This document shows positions 20,761-30,589 of a stretch of DNA of 38,986 nucleotides, in pieces. The notes beneath the pieces are model-generated. The model did no database searches, was not told where the DNA came from, and saw only the letters and a list, made by a program, of their open reading frames with translations. The stretch is taken from positions 1 through 38,986 of IMG/VR virus record IMGVR_UViG_3300031084_000004; one strand, written 5' to 3'. Position 1 is the stretch's first letter. Each line of letters opens with the position of its first letter. The position numbers and the translations under genes are program-made. The stretch comes from a virus.

Positions 20761-22416
20761 CTATCGAAGCTGATCTACAGCTGCGGGCGCTGCTATGGGC
20801 GCTGCCGCCGCACCATATTCAAGCAGGCGGCCAAGGCCCGGTGACACCGCCCGCTGCCGTGTGAGGACGGGCACTGCTACTTGCGCGCCTGCATAAAATG
20901 GCGCCTGAGCAAGGCCCATGAGGTTTGCAGTTAAGCTGGCCGCCTGCTGGCGGTCACTGGTCCCGCTATTCGCAGTTCGGCTGGGCAAAACCGCCGATGC
21001 CGGATCCGAAAGGTCCTGATTGAGAGCTTCCCCGCGGGCATACCCACGGTTACGCACGGTATCACTGCTGCGCTTGACTGCCTGCGAGTAACCATTGGGG
21101 CTGATCTCACCGCGGCTATTCAGCGATGCGCGCTCTGCCTGCACCAGTGATTTATAGCCTTGATTGATGGCGCGAAGTTGTGCAGCTTCTGCCGGGTTCT
21201 GGCGAGCCGCTGCCTCGCGCAATGCCTGCTGCACCTCCCCGAGCAAGTCGCCTAGATCCTGAGTATCCGCATCAGAACTTGTCGTATAGCGACGGATGCG
21301 CTGGCCAAGCCGTTCTTCGACCCGCTTCAACGCCTGCCCGTCAAGCGTCGTGTTACCGCCCCAAAAACGGTTCAGGTCTTCTAGGATGCGATTGAACTGA
21401 TCAGCGCGGCCGGGTGCTAGGGTTTGAGCCTCAGCATGGATCGCGCCAAGATCGGTGAGAAACTGCTGGTCACCTTGGACAGTCAGGTTGGGCAGTAGGG
21501 CATCATAAGCCGCGCTGATCCGATCTCCCGCGTACCGGATGGCTTGACGCCCGCTGCGAACATTCTGTGGCAGAGACAGGCCGATCGGCTCCAAGGAGCG
21601 ATTGACCGCTGCGCGTCCGAAATCGTCCAGAGATCGGGCGCGGGCGCCGTCAATCATGGAGCCGACGAACGGCGTGCTGGCAGCGCGTTCTTCGGTACGG
21701 GCTGCGATCTGGCCAAGACGGCTACCCGATGCCTGACCTAGCTGGCCTGGCGTTACGCGAATCCCTGCGTCGAGTAGCGCGCGAATATCGTTAGGCACAT
21801 TCGGGGCGGCAATACGCGATCCAGCGCGAAGAAGGCCACTAAGCACACCGCCTGCTGCCCCTCCAATTGCTGCATCTTGTGCGACCTCACCGACGCTGTT
21901 CCCATTGCTGAGCAGCGCACCACCTGCTGCGCCTTGGACCAAAGCACCGCCCCGCAATGCTGCTAGTGGCGAAGATGCCACCGCCTCCCCGACAAAACGC
22001 CCTGCGCCACGCGTAAGGCCATAGCCCTCGCGCGCGGGAGCAAAGTTGTCGACGAGTTTACCTTGACCGCTCAGCGCGTCACCCCAATTAGAACCGGCAA
22101 GCGTCTGACCGGCCTTGTTCAACCCGCTTTGCAGCCAGCCGGCAGCGCGATCGAGGACGTTGGCACCGCCCTCTGCAACGCCTGTCGCAAGTTCCTTAAA
22201 GCCAGTGCCAACATCACTCAGCAACTCGCTTTCAGGATCGTTTACGGCCTGCTGCATGGAAGCTTGTTCAGGCGCTTTGACTTGAACATTGCCACCTGCG
22301 AACTCCTGCGGTAGATTTCTGCGCGCAAGTTCGACGATTTGGTCCTGTGACAGATCGTCAGGGCCTTCGATCTCGTAGACCTTGCCATCTGGCTGTTCGA
22401 TGCGGAATTTTGCCAT
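20761..22416 (-). CDS. Internal virion (ejection) protein, large
   Basis: 551 aa from ATG 22416 (GTG 22419 is the alternative). Gly/Ala-rich hydrophobic N-terminal third and a helical remainder. Position is equivalent to podovirus ejection proteins. Confidence 0.5.
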   Translation of the reverse strand: MAKFRIEQPDGKVYEIEGPDDLSQDQIVELARRNLPQEFAGGNVQVKAPEQASMQQAVNDPESELLSDVGTGFKELATGVAEGGANVLDRAAGWLQSGLNKAGQTLAGSNWGDALSGQGKLVDNFAPAREGYGLTRGAGRFVGEAVASSPLAALRGGALVQGAAGGALLSNGNSVGEVAQDAAIGGAAGGVLSGLLRAGSRIAAPNVPNDIRALLDAGIRVTPGQLGQASGSRLGQIAARTEERAASTPFVGSMIDGARARSLDDFGRAAVNRSLEPIGLSLPQNVRSGRQAIRYAGDRISAAYDALLPNLTVQGDQQFLTDLGAIHAEAQTLAPGRADQFNRILEDLNRFWGGNTTLDGQALKRVEERLGQRIRRYTTSSDADTQDLGDLLGEVQQALREAAARQNPAEAAQLRAINQGYKSLVQAERASLNSRGEISPNGYSQAVKRSSDTVRNRGYARGEALNQDLSDPASAVLPSRTANSGTSDRQQAASLTANLMGLAQAPFYAGAQVAVPVLTRQRAVSPGLGRLLEYGAAAAPIAAPAAVDQLR

Positions 22417-24125
22417 CACTGCACCCGCGTAATTTTGAGGCCGCCGCGATTGGCGGTCTGCCCTACGCCTAGCCGGCCTTGGTTCTCTGGCGCCTTGCGG
22501 TCGTAGGGATTGGGCTTGACGCGCGGGACGCTAGATGATCCGGGACCCGCCGCTGTACGGAGCGCCTTCAACGCCGCTTCACGCTGGCGTCGCTTGTCAG
22601 CCTGCACCTCTGGTCCATCACCTGGTTCAGGGAACAGCACACGCGCCTTTTGCGCCGCCTCTTCTTGGCTAATTACAGCGCCCGACTCTTGGCGCAGGAT
22701 CGCGGTCGCAAATGCAAGCTGGGCAGACAGGACGCGGCGATCGACCTGCGAAAGATTTTGCCGAACCGGGTTACCCGCGCTCAAGTCGCTGAGAGCAGCA
22801 GTCAACAAGGTGGGCTTATATCCGCTCACCTGGTTCAGCGTGTTCTGCGCCTCCACAGCGGAGCCGAGATAGCCGACAGCCTTTGCCTGTCCCTCGGTAA
22901 GACTGCCCGCTTTTGAACCGAGCGTCGTAATCTGCCCCTTGGGACCGATCTGGAATTGCGCGGCAGGATCTAGTCCCTGCGCCCGCTTCTCGTCAGGCGT
23001 CATGAGGCGGTAGCCCTGCTTGGGAGGCCGCACATTGATGACGCCCGGCTGACTCTGCTGAGCTTGCGCCTGCTCCCCACCGACCGGCAGCCCTTCGACC
23101 ATCGTCTGGATCGTATTCTGACCGCGCGCCCGGTTGCGCCGGACCTGTGCCGCCGCAGCCCGCAGACCTTCGGACTTGCTCCCAAAGGTACGATAGTCGC
23201 CAGTACGCGGATCTCGCAGATTGCCCGGGTTATTGTTGCGATCCGCGATTGAGCCGCGTCCACCTTCCGACAGAGTGAGTGCCTGAGCGATTTGCAAATC
23301 CGTCATGCCAGGCGGAAACGGCGCGGTCGGGTCGATGCCAAGCGCACGCGATATGCCAGAAATCTTGCCGTCGACCGCCGCATCAGAGTTATCGCCACCG
23401 TTTCGCGCGCGAGGTGTCCAGCCGTATTGCGTGCGACCGCCTGACGGTGGCGGCGCAGCCGAGCGACCGGTTGCACCCCCAGCTGTGCCAGTACCTGGCT
23501 TTTGCAGCCAGTTTCCGCCCTCACTGTCAAACACCCATTCCGGCGCCTTCTGGTTCTCGTAAAGCACCTTGCCTGTGCCGTCGACAAGCGCGCCGCCATC
23601 ACCGACGACACGCGCTTCCTGCTGCTTCAAGCGCGCAGCGAGGGCGGCTTTCCCCGCTTCCGACAAAGCATAAGCACCATCAAGCCCCGCATCTGTCCAG
23701 TCGACGGACGCGAGCTCCTGATCGCTGAAGCCCGCCTGTTTGAGTAGGGGAAGGGCTGCCTGTGCGCGCTGTTCGACAGGAATGGCTTTCAGCGTTGGAT
23801 GAAGGCGGCCAATTACGTCGAATTCGCGGTTGAGCTGTGCAAGCTGATCCTGTCGCAGGCTGCCGAGCGCGTTGGCGAAGTCGAAGTCACCACCTAGAGC
23901 TGCCTCTTGCCGCGCACCCGCAAAATCACCGCCACGCGCGCGGTTAGCCAGCTGGATCCGTGCCGCGTCCTGCTGTTGCCCTTTGCCGAATTCGTACGCC
24001 TGCTGATCCGCGCGCTGCTGCGCCAGCTTGATCTGCTGCTGTTGCGCCTGCGCATTGCCGATCTGCTGGAGGCTGTCGAGATAGTTGTACTGATTGCGAC
24101 CAGCCAGGCCCCACTCGACTGTCAT
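22416..24125 (-). CDS. Internal virion (ejection) protein with a central ADRNNNPGNL domain
   Basis: 569 aa. Gln-rich coiled N-terminus and a central TLSEGGRGSIADRNNNPGNLRDPRTGDYRTFGS block. TGATG coupling to its neighbours. Confidence 0.5.
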   Translation of the reverse strand: MTVEWGLAGRNQYNYLDSLQQIGNAQAQQQQIKLAQQRADQQAYEFGKGQQQDAARIQLANRARGGDFAGARQEAALGGDFDFANALGSLRQDQLAQLNREFDVIGRLHPTLKAIPVEQRAQAALPLLKQAGFSDQELASVDWTDAGLDGAYALSEAGKAALAARLKQQEARVVGDGGALVDGTGKVLYENQKAPEWVFDSEGGNWLQKPGTGTAGGATGRSAAPPPSGGRTQYGWTPRARNGGDNSDAAVDGKISGISRALGIDPTAPFPPGMTDLQIAQALTLSEGGRGSIADRNNNPGNLRDPRTGDYRTFGSKSEGLRAAAAQVRRNRARGQNTIQTMVEGLPVGGEQAQAQQSQPGVINVRPPKQGYRLMTPDEKRAQGLDPAAQFQIGPKGQITTLGSKAGSLTEGQAKAVGYLGSAVEAQNTLNQVSGYKPTLLTAALSDLSAGNPVRQNLSQVDRRVLSAQLAFATAILRQESGAVISQEEAAQKARVLFPEPGDGPEVQADKRRQREAALKALRTAAGPGSSSVPRVKPNPYDRKAPENQGRLGVGQTANRGGLKITRVQ

Positions 24126-24805
24126 CAGTAGATACCCCCGCCCACGATTCCGTACGAGTTGCGTGGTGCCTGGCCATAGCTCGACGCCAAGTTTGATCCG
24201 ATATCGGTCAGGTTTTTCAACGCGTTTTGCAATGAGCTCCCGCCGATCAAGGAGGCATTGCTGCTGGCATCCGCGCTATTCTGAAGCGCCGCGTTGTTCG
24301 CCTGCGTGGTTGCCGTAGACACACCCGCAACGTTGCCGATCGCGCTGTTCCCGGTCTGGATCAACGTGTTCAGGTTGCCAAGATACTGCTGCTGGGTCTG
24401 GTTCGCCAAACCCATGCCCCGCTCTTGGAGGGCTTTTAGCGTAGCACCGCTGTCACCCATCCCGCGCGCATATGCGCCAGCATTAACGGCCCCGAGGCCA
24501 GTCTTCAGGAGGTCCTGGTAACCCGCCGAATTGCGCCAGGTGTCCAGCGCCGCTTGCGACGATGCGCTATTTCCACCGGCGCCCAACAACCCCGCATAGA
24601 TAGAACCTGCCGCATTGCCGCGGTCGATCGTCGGCTGGGAAAGTCCAGTGATGAAATTCCTGTTCGCCTCATTCGCGGCGATCTGCATCTGCGCGGTCTG
24701 CTGCTGGGTCTTGGCGGCTGCCTTGGCGCTCTTTCCGCCAGTTACGCCGCCTAGCACCGAACCGAGAGCGCTGACTCCTGCCGCTGCGATTAGAGGTGCA
24801 ACCAT
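24125..24805 (-). CDS. Internal virion protein, Gly/Ala/Gln/Asn-rich (226 aa)
   Basis: N-terminal hydrophobic helix MVAPLIAAAGVSALGSVLGGV followed by low-complexity sequence. Confidence 0.45.
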   Translation of the reverse strand: MVAPLIAAAGVSALGSVLGGVTGGKSAKAAAKTQQQTAQMQIAANEANRNFITGLSQPTIDRGNAAGSIYAGLLGAGGNSASSQAALDTWRNSAGYQDLLKTGLGAVNAGAYARGMGDSGATLKALQERGMGLANQTQQQYLGNLNTLIQTGNSAIGNVAGVSTATTQANNAALQNSADASSNASLIGGSSLQNALKNLTDIGSNLASSYGQAPRNSYGIVGGGIY

Positions 24806-24808
24806 GAG

Positions 24809-25231
24809 TTAAGCCCTAAAGACGAACAGTGTCTCCCCAGGATTTGCTTCATATAAGCATAGGGGCGTCTCCAGCATATCAGTCGGCACGCCGCCGAGCT
24901 TACGGTAAAACCACTTGGCAGCAGGCAGCCGGTCAGGGACTGAGCCAAACGCAATGTCGAGGTATGGAAGCATCCATTCCTTCATTGCGAAAGCGGTTTC
25001 GAGCGCCCGCTTGCCCCGGCACGTCGGCGCAAAGACCGTCATGACCTCCCAGATGCGCGGCTCTTTCTGTTCGTACACTTGGAAAGCATCCTCGCCATTC
25101 GAGAGGATCACGCACGCATCAACCGCAGGCGACCAGTCAATGTCGCGGCCATCATAAGAGACATTGGTGATGACGCCATCCATGCGGGACACACGGTTGG
25201 CAAGATCAGCGTCTGTTTCACGTCGTATCAT
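24809..25231 (-). CDS. Hypothetical protein in the virion module (140 aa), weak GNAT-like hint
   Basis: CRGKRALETAFAMKEWML faintly resembles acetyl-CoA-binding motif A (R-x-x-G-x-A). The assignment is tentative. Confidence 0.3.
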   Translation of the reverse strand: MIRRETDADLANRVSRMDGVITNVSYDGRDIDWSPAVDACVILSNGEDAFQVYEQKEPRIWEVMTVFAPTCRGKRALETAFAMKEWMLPYLDIAFGSVPDRLPAAKWFYRKLGGVPTDMLETPLCLYEANPGETLFVFRA

Positions 25232-25854
25232 AGCTCTACCTGACGGGGGCGAACATATCCCGGACGCGTAGGGCCATCGCCACCGTCAACCTCACCAGCA
25301 TCAGGTATCTCGACCGCTCCAACAACATGCGTGTTGCCGGTCTGCGTGGGAGGCGTGGTTTGCACCTGATAAATTACGCTGCCGCCGTCGCGCTCGGGAT
25401 CACTGTAGTAAACATACGCTACAGTACCTGGCGCTGTTGAGCCGATCGTTCCACCGCTTACAGAGACGGCGGTAGGCGAGCCCATTGCCTGCGGGTAATA
25501 GCGAGTATGAGCGGCGATCGTAATCGTCGTGGGGGTGGCAGTTATTACGCTTGCAGGCTCGATATAGCTGGTCTGAAGCGAAACCTCTCGTTGCTGGGCA
25601 GCTGTGTTGCTGGACGCTGTATCTGCTGCTACTTGTGCCGCGTCAGCCGCCGCCTGAGCAGCGGCGGTAGCCTCGTCCAAGCGCTCTAGCGCAGCTTGAA
25701 TTTCCGGAATTGCAGCAATGCGATTGATGGCCTCTGTGACATTGGCGTTGTTGTCGTTAATGAGGCGGACGAACCAAGCAGCTGGGCGCCCCTCCTTGTC
25801 AACAATGGCCAGCGCTTGTTGCAATCGCGCCACACTGACGAAAGCTTTCGCCAT
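25228..25854 (-). CDS. Tail/virion protein (208 aa)
   Basis: ATG 25854 (TGATG overlap). Ala-rich coiled segment followed by a beta-rich C-terminus. Confidence 0.4.
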   Translation of the reverse strand: MAKAFVSVARLQQALAIVDKEGRPAAWFVRLINDNNANVTEAINRIAAIPEIQAALERLDEATAAAQAAADAAQVAADTASSNTAAQQREVSLQTSYIEPASVITATPTTITIAAHTRYYPQAMGSPTAVSVSGGTIGSTAPGTVAYVYYSDPERDGGSVIYQVQTTPPTQTGNTHVVGAVEIPDAGEVDGGDGPTRPGYVRPRQVEL

Positions 25855-27176
25855 CAGGACCAGGCCTCGTTGGCATAGCATCCAGAGATGCGTAGGCGAA
25901 CCGCTGGATCAACACAGCTCACCTCGATCGTCCGATAGGGCTGGTCTGGCATCCCAAGGCGCCACAGAATGGCTACGTCGTACGGGGCGAGTGCCTCAAC
26001 CTCGTCGTAATAGGTCGGGAAGTCGTCTTGTCCGTCTTTCCATCGAAAACGCACAATCGTTAACGTAGAACAGCCAACCCCCACCGAAACGCTATCATTC
26101 CGGGGAGGCCTGCCGTTGATCGCTACCGTCGCGGTCAAACAGCGCTCAAATGCTGCGCCGTCGTCGGTTAGCGCGTTGCCATCTACGACAAACAGCCGAC
26201 CATCCACATCAGAGCCTGCAACGATCTGTCCGTTGACCTGATAGCCATAGCCGACCGGCCACGTGAACTCGCTCCATGCCTGGGTAGCAGCATCATAGGC
26301 AAAACGCCCCTGTCCAGGCACCGTCAGAACGTAAAAGCTGTGGCCATCAATGCCGAAGACCCATGCCGAGCATGGCCCAGTGGCTTTGCGTATCCGTTCG
26401 GCTATCCCATTGTCGCTAATGACCTGAGGCACCGACGACGCGCGATACACTTGATAGTCATCGCCCACCCAGACAAGGGTGTTGTCGAAACGCCTCACGG
26501 TATCGCGTGCCAGGCAGCCGCGCTCGAAATTGCGCCCAGACGCCCGCTGGAATGGTGCGTCTTGGTCCCCAGTGGGCTGCCAGACCTCAATATTTTCGTC
26601 ACCAAAAATCCAGAATTCGTCGCCCAATCGACGCAGCGCCTTGGCTTTATCAGGCAGACTTTCGGCGGTGGCAAAATTCAGCGCGTTGATCGTCGTCTCA
26701 CCCGGCACAAGCCAATAAAAACGTCCATTCGGCAGCAATATGAGGCCGTATGCGTTCAGCTGATCAACGTCCTGCACAAACCCGTTTGACGGGGCATCGT
26801 TGGGCAATGTCACCACATCGATCTGCGTATTGTAGCGGTAAAGCTTCCCGTCCGCGGCGACCAGCGAAAGGAAAGGCGTCGACACGATCGCGACAGGCGA
26901 CGCAGCGGCTAGAGTGCCTTTGGCTGCGGTCCCAGCAAATAGCTGGCTATTCTGTACCGCCAGACGCTCACCGGTCGCAGTGCGATAATGCAATCCCATG
27001 ATCGGTGCGTCGCCTAGTCGATCGGTGAGCGATAATCCCGGACGCTGGATGCGTAGCGTTTTATCCGGGCTAATCCCGCTCTTATCCTCCTCTAGGTACA
27101 TATTGCGCAAGACGACCTCAGGCACGAGGCCATCGCTGCGCTTATAAGAGCCAATGCCAAGCGGGACGAGCGGCAT
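25854..27176 (-). CDS. P22 gp10-like tail hub / packaged-DNA stabilisation protein
   Basis: 440 aa. The N-terminus MPLVPLGIGSYKRSDGLVPEVVLRNMYLEED and a repetitive beta-propeller-like body resemble the phage stabilisation-protein family. Position is after the gp4-like adaptor. Confidence 0.5.
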   Translation of the reverse strand: MPLVPLGIGSYKRSDGLVPEVVLRNMYLEEDKSGISPDKTLRIQRPGLSLTDRLGDAPIMGLHYRTATGERLAVQNSQLFAGTAAKGTLAAASPVAIVSTPFLSLVAADGKLYRYNTQIDVVTLPNDAPSNGFVQDVDQLNAYGLILLPNGRFYWLVPGETTINALNFATAESLPDKAKALRRLGDEFWIFGDENIEVWQPTGDQDAPFQRASGRNFERGCLARDTVRRFDNTLVWVGDDYQVYRASSVPQVISDNGIAERIRKATGPCSAWVFGIDGHSFYVLTVPGQGRFAYDAATQAWSEFTWPVGYGYQVNGQIVAGSDVDGRLFVVDGNALTDDGAAFERCLTATVAINGRPPRNDSVSVGVGCSTLTIVRFRWKDGQDDFPTYYDEVEALAPYDVAILWRLGMPDQPYRTIEVSCVDPAVRLRISGCYANEAWS

Positions 27177-27583
27177 CAGACCGGCGCGCGAATGAGAATG
27201 TTGATCCAGACCGGCGTTGTGACAGGGGCAATTACATTTAGCACTGCGCCAAGCACCGATACTACCAGCGTCTTAGTAATGCGCTGTACAAGGATAACGA
27301 CCTGTGTATTCGTCGCGCTGTTCTCTTCCACGCTCGCGTCATTGCGGTAGGCCGCTCCATTCGGCGTTTCAGCAGTTGTGGTAACAGCCGGAATAATCCC
27401 AGTGGCATAAGACTGCGGAAAGGTGAAGGTTACGCGCCCATTGGCGTCAGGGGTTACCTGAACGCGCAAAGCCTGTTGGCGATTAGCGCTCGTCAGTCCG
27501 CTGGTAGCGGCGTTCATAGCAGTCTGAATATCATCCAAAACTTTTTGAGGGACGAGGGGCGTCGTAGCGCCAATATCGCCCAT
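27176..27583 (-). CDS. Virion protein (135 aa)
   Basis: TGATG-coupled ORF in the head-tail joining region. Confidence 0.45.
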   Translation of the reverse strand: MGDIGATTPLVPQKVLDDIQTAMNAATSGLTSANRQQALRVQVTPDANGRVTFTFPQSYATGIIPAVTTTAETPNGAAYRNDASVEENSATNTQVVILVQRITKTLVVSVLGAVLNVIAPVTTPVWINILIRAPV

Positions 27584-28005
27584 TAGAAGACCTCCAAGAC
27601 AGAAACATTTTGGGCAGTGCCAGCAACGCCAAATAGTGCTGCAGTAGTGGGCACGACAATGCTCGCGCCTTTAGTGCCAGGAAGTAGGTCGCCAGTGCTG
27701 ACTGTAACTCCTGAGGTGCCGATATAAACGTCATTGGTGCCAAGGTTCGTGATCTTCACGCTACCCCTATTCGCGCGTGCAGCGACGATTTGCGTCGCGG
27801 ATGCCCCAACAGAAACCTGCGATGTCGAAAGCCCGCTGCTGCCCCGCGATACCGTGGGGAAAGAGGCACTGTCGCTGGCTGGCGTGACGGACTGGCTGCT
27901 AGATGCTGGCTGCGGGCCACTGGCACCGCTTGCCACCATCGGATTGCCGTTCAGATCGACAAGGAAAACCGCCCGCGCGTTCGTGTCACGATCAAGGTAA
28001 GGCAT
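27583..28005 (-). CDS. Virion protein (140 aa)
   Basis: TGATG-coupled ORF; Ser/Thr/Gly-rich and beta-rich. Confidence 0.45.
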   Translation of the reverse strand: MPYLDRDTNARAVFLVDLNGNPMVASGASGPQPASSSQSVTPASDSASFPTVSRGSSGLSTSQVSVGASATQIVAARANRGSVKITNLGTNDVYIGTSGVTVSTGDLLPGTKGASIVVPTTAALFGVAGTAQNVSVLEVF

Positions 28006-28628
28006 CAGAAATATACCCCAGGCACGACGCGGCGCGGCGTCGATGGATTGGTGACCATGTTGGAAATGAAGCGCTGCGACTGGCGCAGGGTGGATTGACC
28101 GATCTCTGCGCCAAACGTGTCAGCGATCTCGATCGCAAGAACGGCCGACAAACCCTCGGGATCATCGGCAGAACGCGGCGCTTGGTTATCGAGCTGTAGG
28201 CTATCGATCAGCGTCCATTCGCGCTGAGAGCCATCGTAAATCCACGTCTCGACCTGACCGCCGTTTGTGTCTTTAAGCTGCACGACGGCGCCGTCACAGG
28301 GCGGTCGGTTGCTGCCGTCAACAGCCTCGTAATTCATGCGCTCCTGATCATAGGGGAGCGGTTGAGCAAACATCGGCACATACTCAGGCAGCGTCACGGT
28401 GATGACGCGCGCATCGCGCAAGATCCGCTGATTTTCCTCCGCCACGCAGTCAGCGAGCGGGATAACGTCTTGCAGGCGACCAAACGCGCCGGATGCGACC
28501 CAAGAGCTATACAGCCCTTGGAGCGCAGCCAGCGCGTCGGTCTGATCCGCCACACGGGGCTCACGCCCCCCGCCAAGCCTACCCAGCTTGCGGAGAGCGT
28601 TGTTTACGATGTGGCGGCATGTGGCCAT
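28005..28628 (-). CDS. P22 gp4-like head-to-tail adaptor
   Basis: 207 aa. The N-terminus IVNNALRKLGRLGGGREPRVADQTDALAALQGLYSSW matches the characteristic start of gp4-type tail accessory factors. Confidence 0.5.
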   Translation of the reverse strand: MATCRHIVNNALRKLGRLGGGREPRVADQTDALAALQGLYSSWVASGAFGRLQDVIPLADCVAEENQRILRDARVITVTLPEYVPMFAQPLPYDQERMNYEAVDGSNRPPCDGAVVQLKDTNGGQVETWIYDGSQREWTLIDSLQLDNQAPRSADDPEGLSAVLAIEIADTFGAEIGQSTLRQSQRFISNMVTNPSTPRRVVPGVYF

Positions 28629-28957
28629 CAGCGGGTCGCTTCGACCAGCTTCTGGCGCAGCGTCTCAACGCTGGCATTGCCGGATACGGTGACACCGAGC
28701 TTCTTCAGCTCGGTGCGCAGCGCGCCCTTTTCGGTGCCAGCGTCGGGATCGACATCATCGGGCTCGCGCGCAGGAGTCGCTTCCGCTTTCGCGTCGTCGA
28801 TCGCGAACATCGGATTGTCCTTGATGCGGTCAGCATACTCGTGGCCCTCCGGAACGTCGGTTGCTTCACCCTTGATGAATCGCAGGTCACCCAGACGGAT
28901 GATCTGCGCTTGGGGATCGTCATCACCCAGCCACATTGCCTTGAAGGTCTTCGACAT
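28628..28957 (-). CDS. Hypothetical head-associated protein with C-terminal HeH/Rho-N-like motif (109 aa)
   Basis: C-terminal LRTELKKLGVTVSGNASVETLRQKL. Confidence 0.45.
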   Translation of the reverse strand: MSKTFKAMWLGDDDPQAQIIRLGDLRFIKGEATDVPEGHEYADRIKDNPMFAIDDAKAEATPAREPDDVDPDAGTEKGALRTELKKLGVTVSGNASVETLRQKLVEATR

Positions 28958-28969
28958 GTCTGCGCCTCC

Positions 28970-29404
28970 TTACGCGGGGTTTTCGATGACGCCGGACAGC
29001 TCCGCCATGATCGTGCCAGTGGCGCTGGTCGTCGCACCACCGATAGTCAGGATGACGGTCGTGAAGCCGGCGTTGTTGAAGTCGCGGCCCGTGTCCGCAA
29101 TCGCCGTGGTGCTGCCGGCCGTGGCAGCCGACACCGCGTTAAAATAGCGGGTCGGGTTCGCCGCATCACCGAGCGACAGCGTAACGCCGGCTCCCAGCGC
29201 ATCCCACTTCATCGCGCCGGAGCGGACGAGGAAGTTGCGGTGCACCCGGAACATGCGGACGATGTCACCCGATGCGATTGCGCCGGTCGACTGCGTGCCG
29301 AGAGTGAAGAGGCCGCGCGCATTCTGGATCGAACGACCGTCACCGGTCGGCCCCGACACAGGATAGGTCGGAGGCGTCATCTGAAGGCTGTTGAACGTCG
29401 CCAT
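28970..29404 (-). CDS. Putative capsid decoration/auxiliary protein (144 aa)
   Basis: Immediately downstream of the major capsid gene; beta-rich, Gly/Thr/Ala-rich. Confidence 0.4.
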   Translation of the reverse strand: MATFNSLQMTPPTYPVSGPTGDGRSIQNARGLFTLGTQSTGAIASGDIVRMFRVHRNFLVRSGAMKWDALGAGVTLSLGDAANPTRYFNAVSAATAGSTTAIADTGRDFNNAGFTTVILTIGGATTSATGTIMAELSGVIENPA

Positions 29405-29416
29405 GATTGGTCCTCC

Positions 29417-30586
29417 TTAGACCTGAGCCGGAACGGCGGTGAGCGAGGTGACGATGCCGTACTGAGCACCACCGAAGCTGGTCTTGGCGGTGCCGCGCAG
29501 CGTTTCGATCGCCATGCCGGGGCGGAACTCGTAGTCCTCCAGACGGTCTTCGCGGACAGCATCGCGCTGTCCGTAGCCAACGGCGATTGCCGACTGACCG
29601 CAGAAGAAGCCCATTGCGACATCGGCACCCGATGCACCCGCGCCCGGAAGCAGCAGGATGTCGTCGATCTCGGGAATCTCCCGGATCACGACACCGAGAT
29701 ACATCAGATCGCCGTCCTGGAAGAGCGGGTTGCTGTCGACGCCGCCAGCTTCGCGCGGACGCGACGAAGTGTTGATGTTGACGATGGTCGAGTCCTGCGA
29801 CAGCACCGCAAACTCTCGGCTGCCGACGAAGTAGATGAACCATTCGCGGCCCGCTGTCATATCCGACTTGTAGGGACGAATATTGCTGGTGAACTGCGTG
29901 GTCGAGCCGACCGGGATCTGCTTGCCCGCCTGCTTGGCAATCGTCTTCAGCAGCCGCACGTGCGCAGCCGACGACTGGCCCGTGGCCGTCGACACGTTGC
30001 CCAGTGAGGTCGCCCAGTTGAGCGATGTGCTGTTGCCGCGCGCATTGCCGAACACGATGCGATCGCTGTTGTTCGCCAGATAGGTGTTGCGCTGAGCTGC
30101 CGTCGACAGGCTATACAGCACCTGGCTATCGGTGCCAGGCAGGCCCTTGGTGTCGACGGTGCCGGGGATGATGACTGAACCGAAAGCGTTGATGACCTCG
30201 TCGCGCATCGTCTCCGACGACCACTGACGCAGCTGTGTCTTCGACGCGTTCCAGAGGTCCAGCGCCGTGCGGAAAGTGGTCGACTTGGGCAGCTTGGCGC
30301 CCTGACGGATCCAGTCCACGACAACCTTGGTGTTGGCCAGGCCGATATCGACTTCGTTGCCCTTCAGGATCTCCGAACCGCGAACGCCGCGACCCTTGAT
30401 GCGCTGGATCAGCGGGAAGTTGATCGTATCACCCGCGACCGACACCAGCTGATAGTCGAGCCGGATGATGGCGGCGTCGTCGGTGCCCATGTATGGCTTG
30501 AAGCCGGACTCGCGGACATATTCATAGGTGAGCTTGGTCGACCACTCCTGACGCTCAAGCGCCGTGGCCAGCTGAATTTCTGCCAT
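29417..30586 (-). CDS. Major capsid protein (HK97-fold class)
   Basis: 389 aa, between the scaffold and decoration genes. Size, position and sequence character fit the DUF4043/N4-gp56-like capsid family, from memory. Confidence 0.7.
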   Translation of the reverse strand: MAEIQLATALERQEWSTKLTYEYVRESGFKPYMGTDDAAIIRLDYQLVSVAGDTINFPLIQRIKGRGVRGSEILKGNEVDIGLANTKVVVDWIRQGAKLPKSTTFRTALDLWNASKTQLRQWSSETMRDEVINAFGSVIIPGTVDTKGLPGTDSQVLYSLSTAAQRNTYLANNSDRIVFGNARGNSTSLNWATSLGNVSTATGQSSAAHVRLLKTIAKQAGKQIPVGSTTQFTSNIRPYKSDMTAGREWFIYFVGSREFAVLSQDSTIVNINTSSRPREAGGVDSNPLFQDGDLMYLGVVIREIPEIDDILLLPGAGASGADVAMGFFCGQSAIAVGYGQRDAVREDRLEDYEFRPGMAIETLRGTAKTSFGGAQYGIVTSLTAVPAQV

Positions 30587-30589
30587 TTC

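Noticed and set aside
28493-30007. 504-aa plus-strand ORF antisense to the capsid/decoration genes. Similar long antisense ORFs occur at 5270..6211(-), 8126..8989(-), 4663..5469(-), 14826..15569(-), 30707..31423(+) and 33474..34049(+).
   Set aside because: They have Arg/Gly/Pro/Ala-rich low-complexity composition and no RBS. They lie opposite genes with clear motifs. This is a typical stop-codon-poor antisense frame in high-GC DNA.
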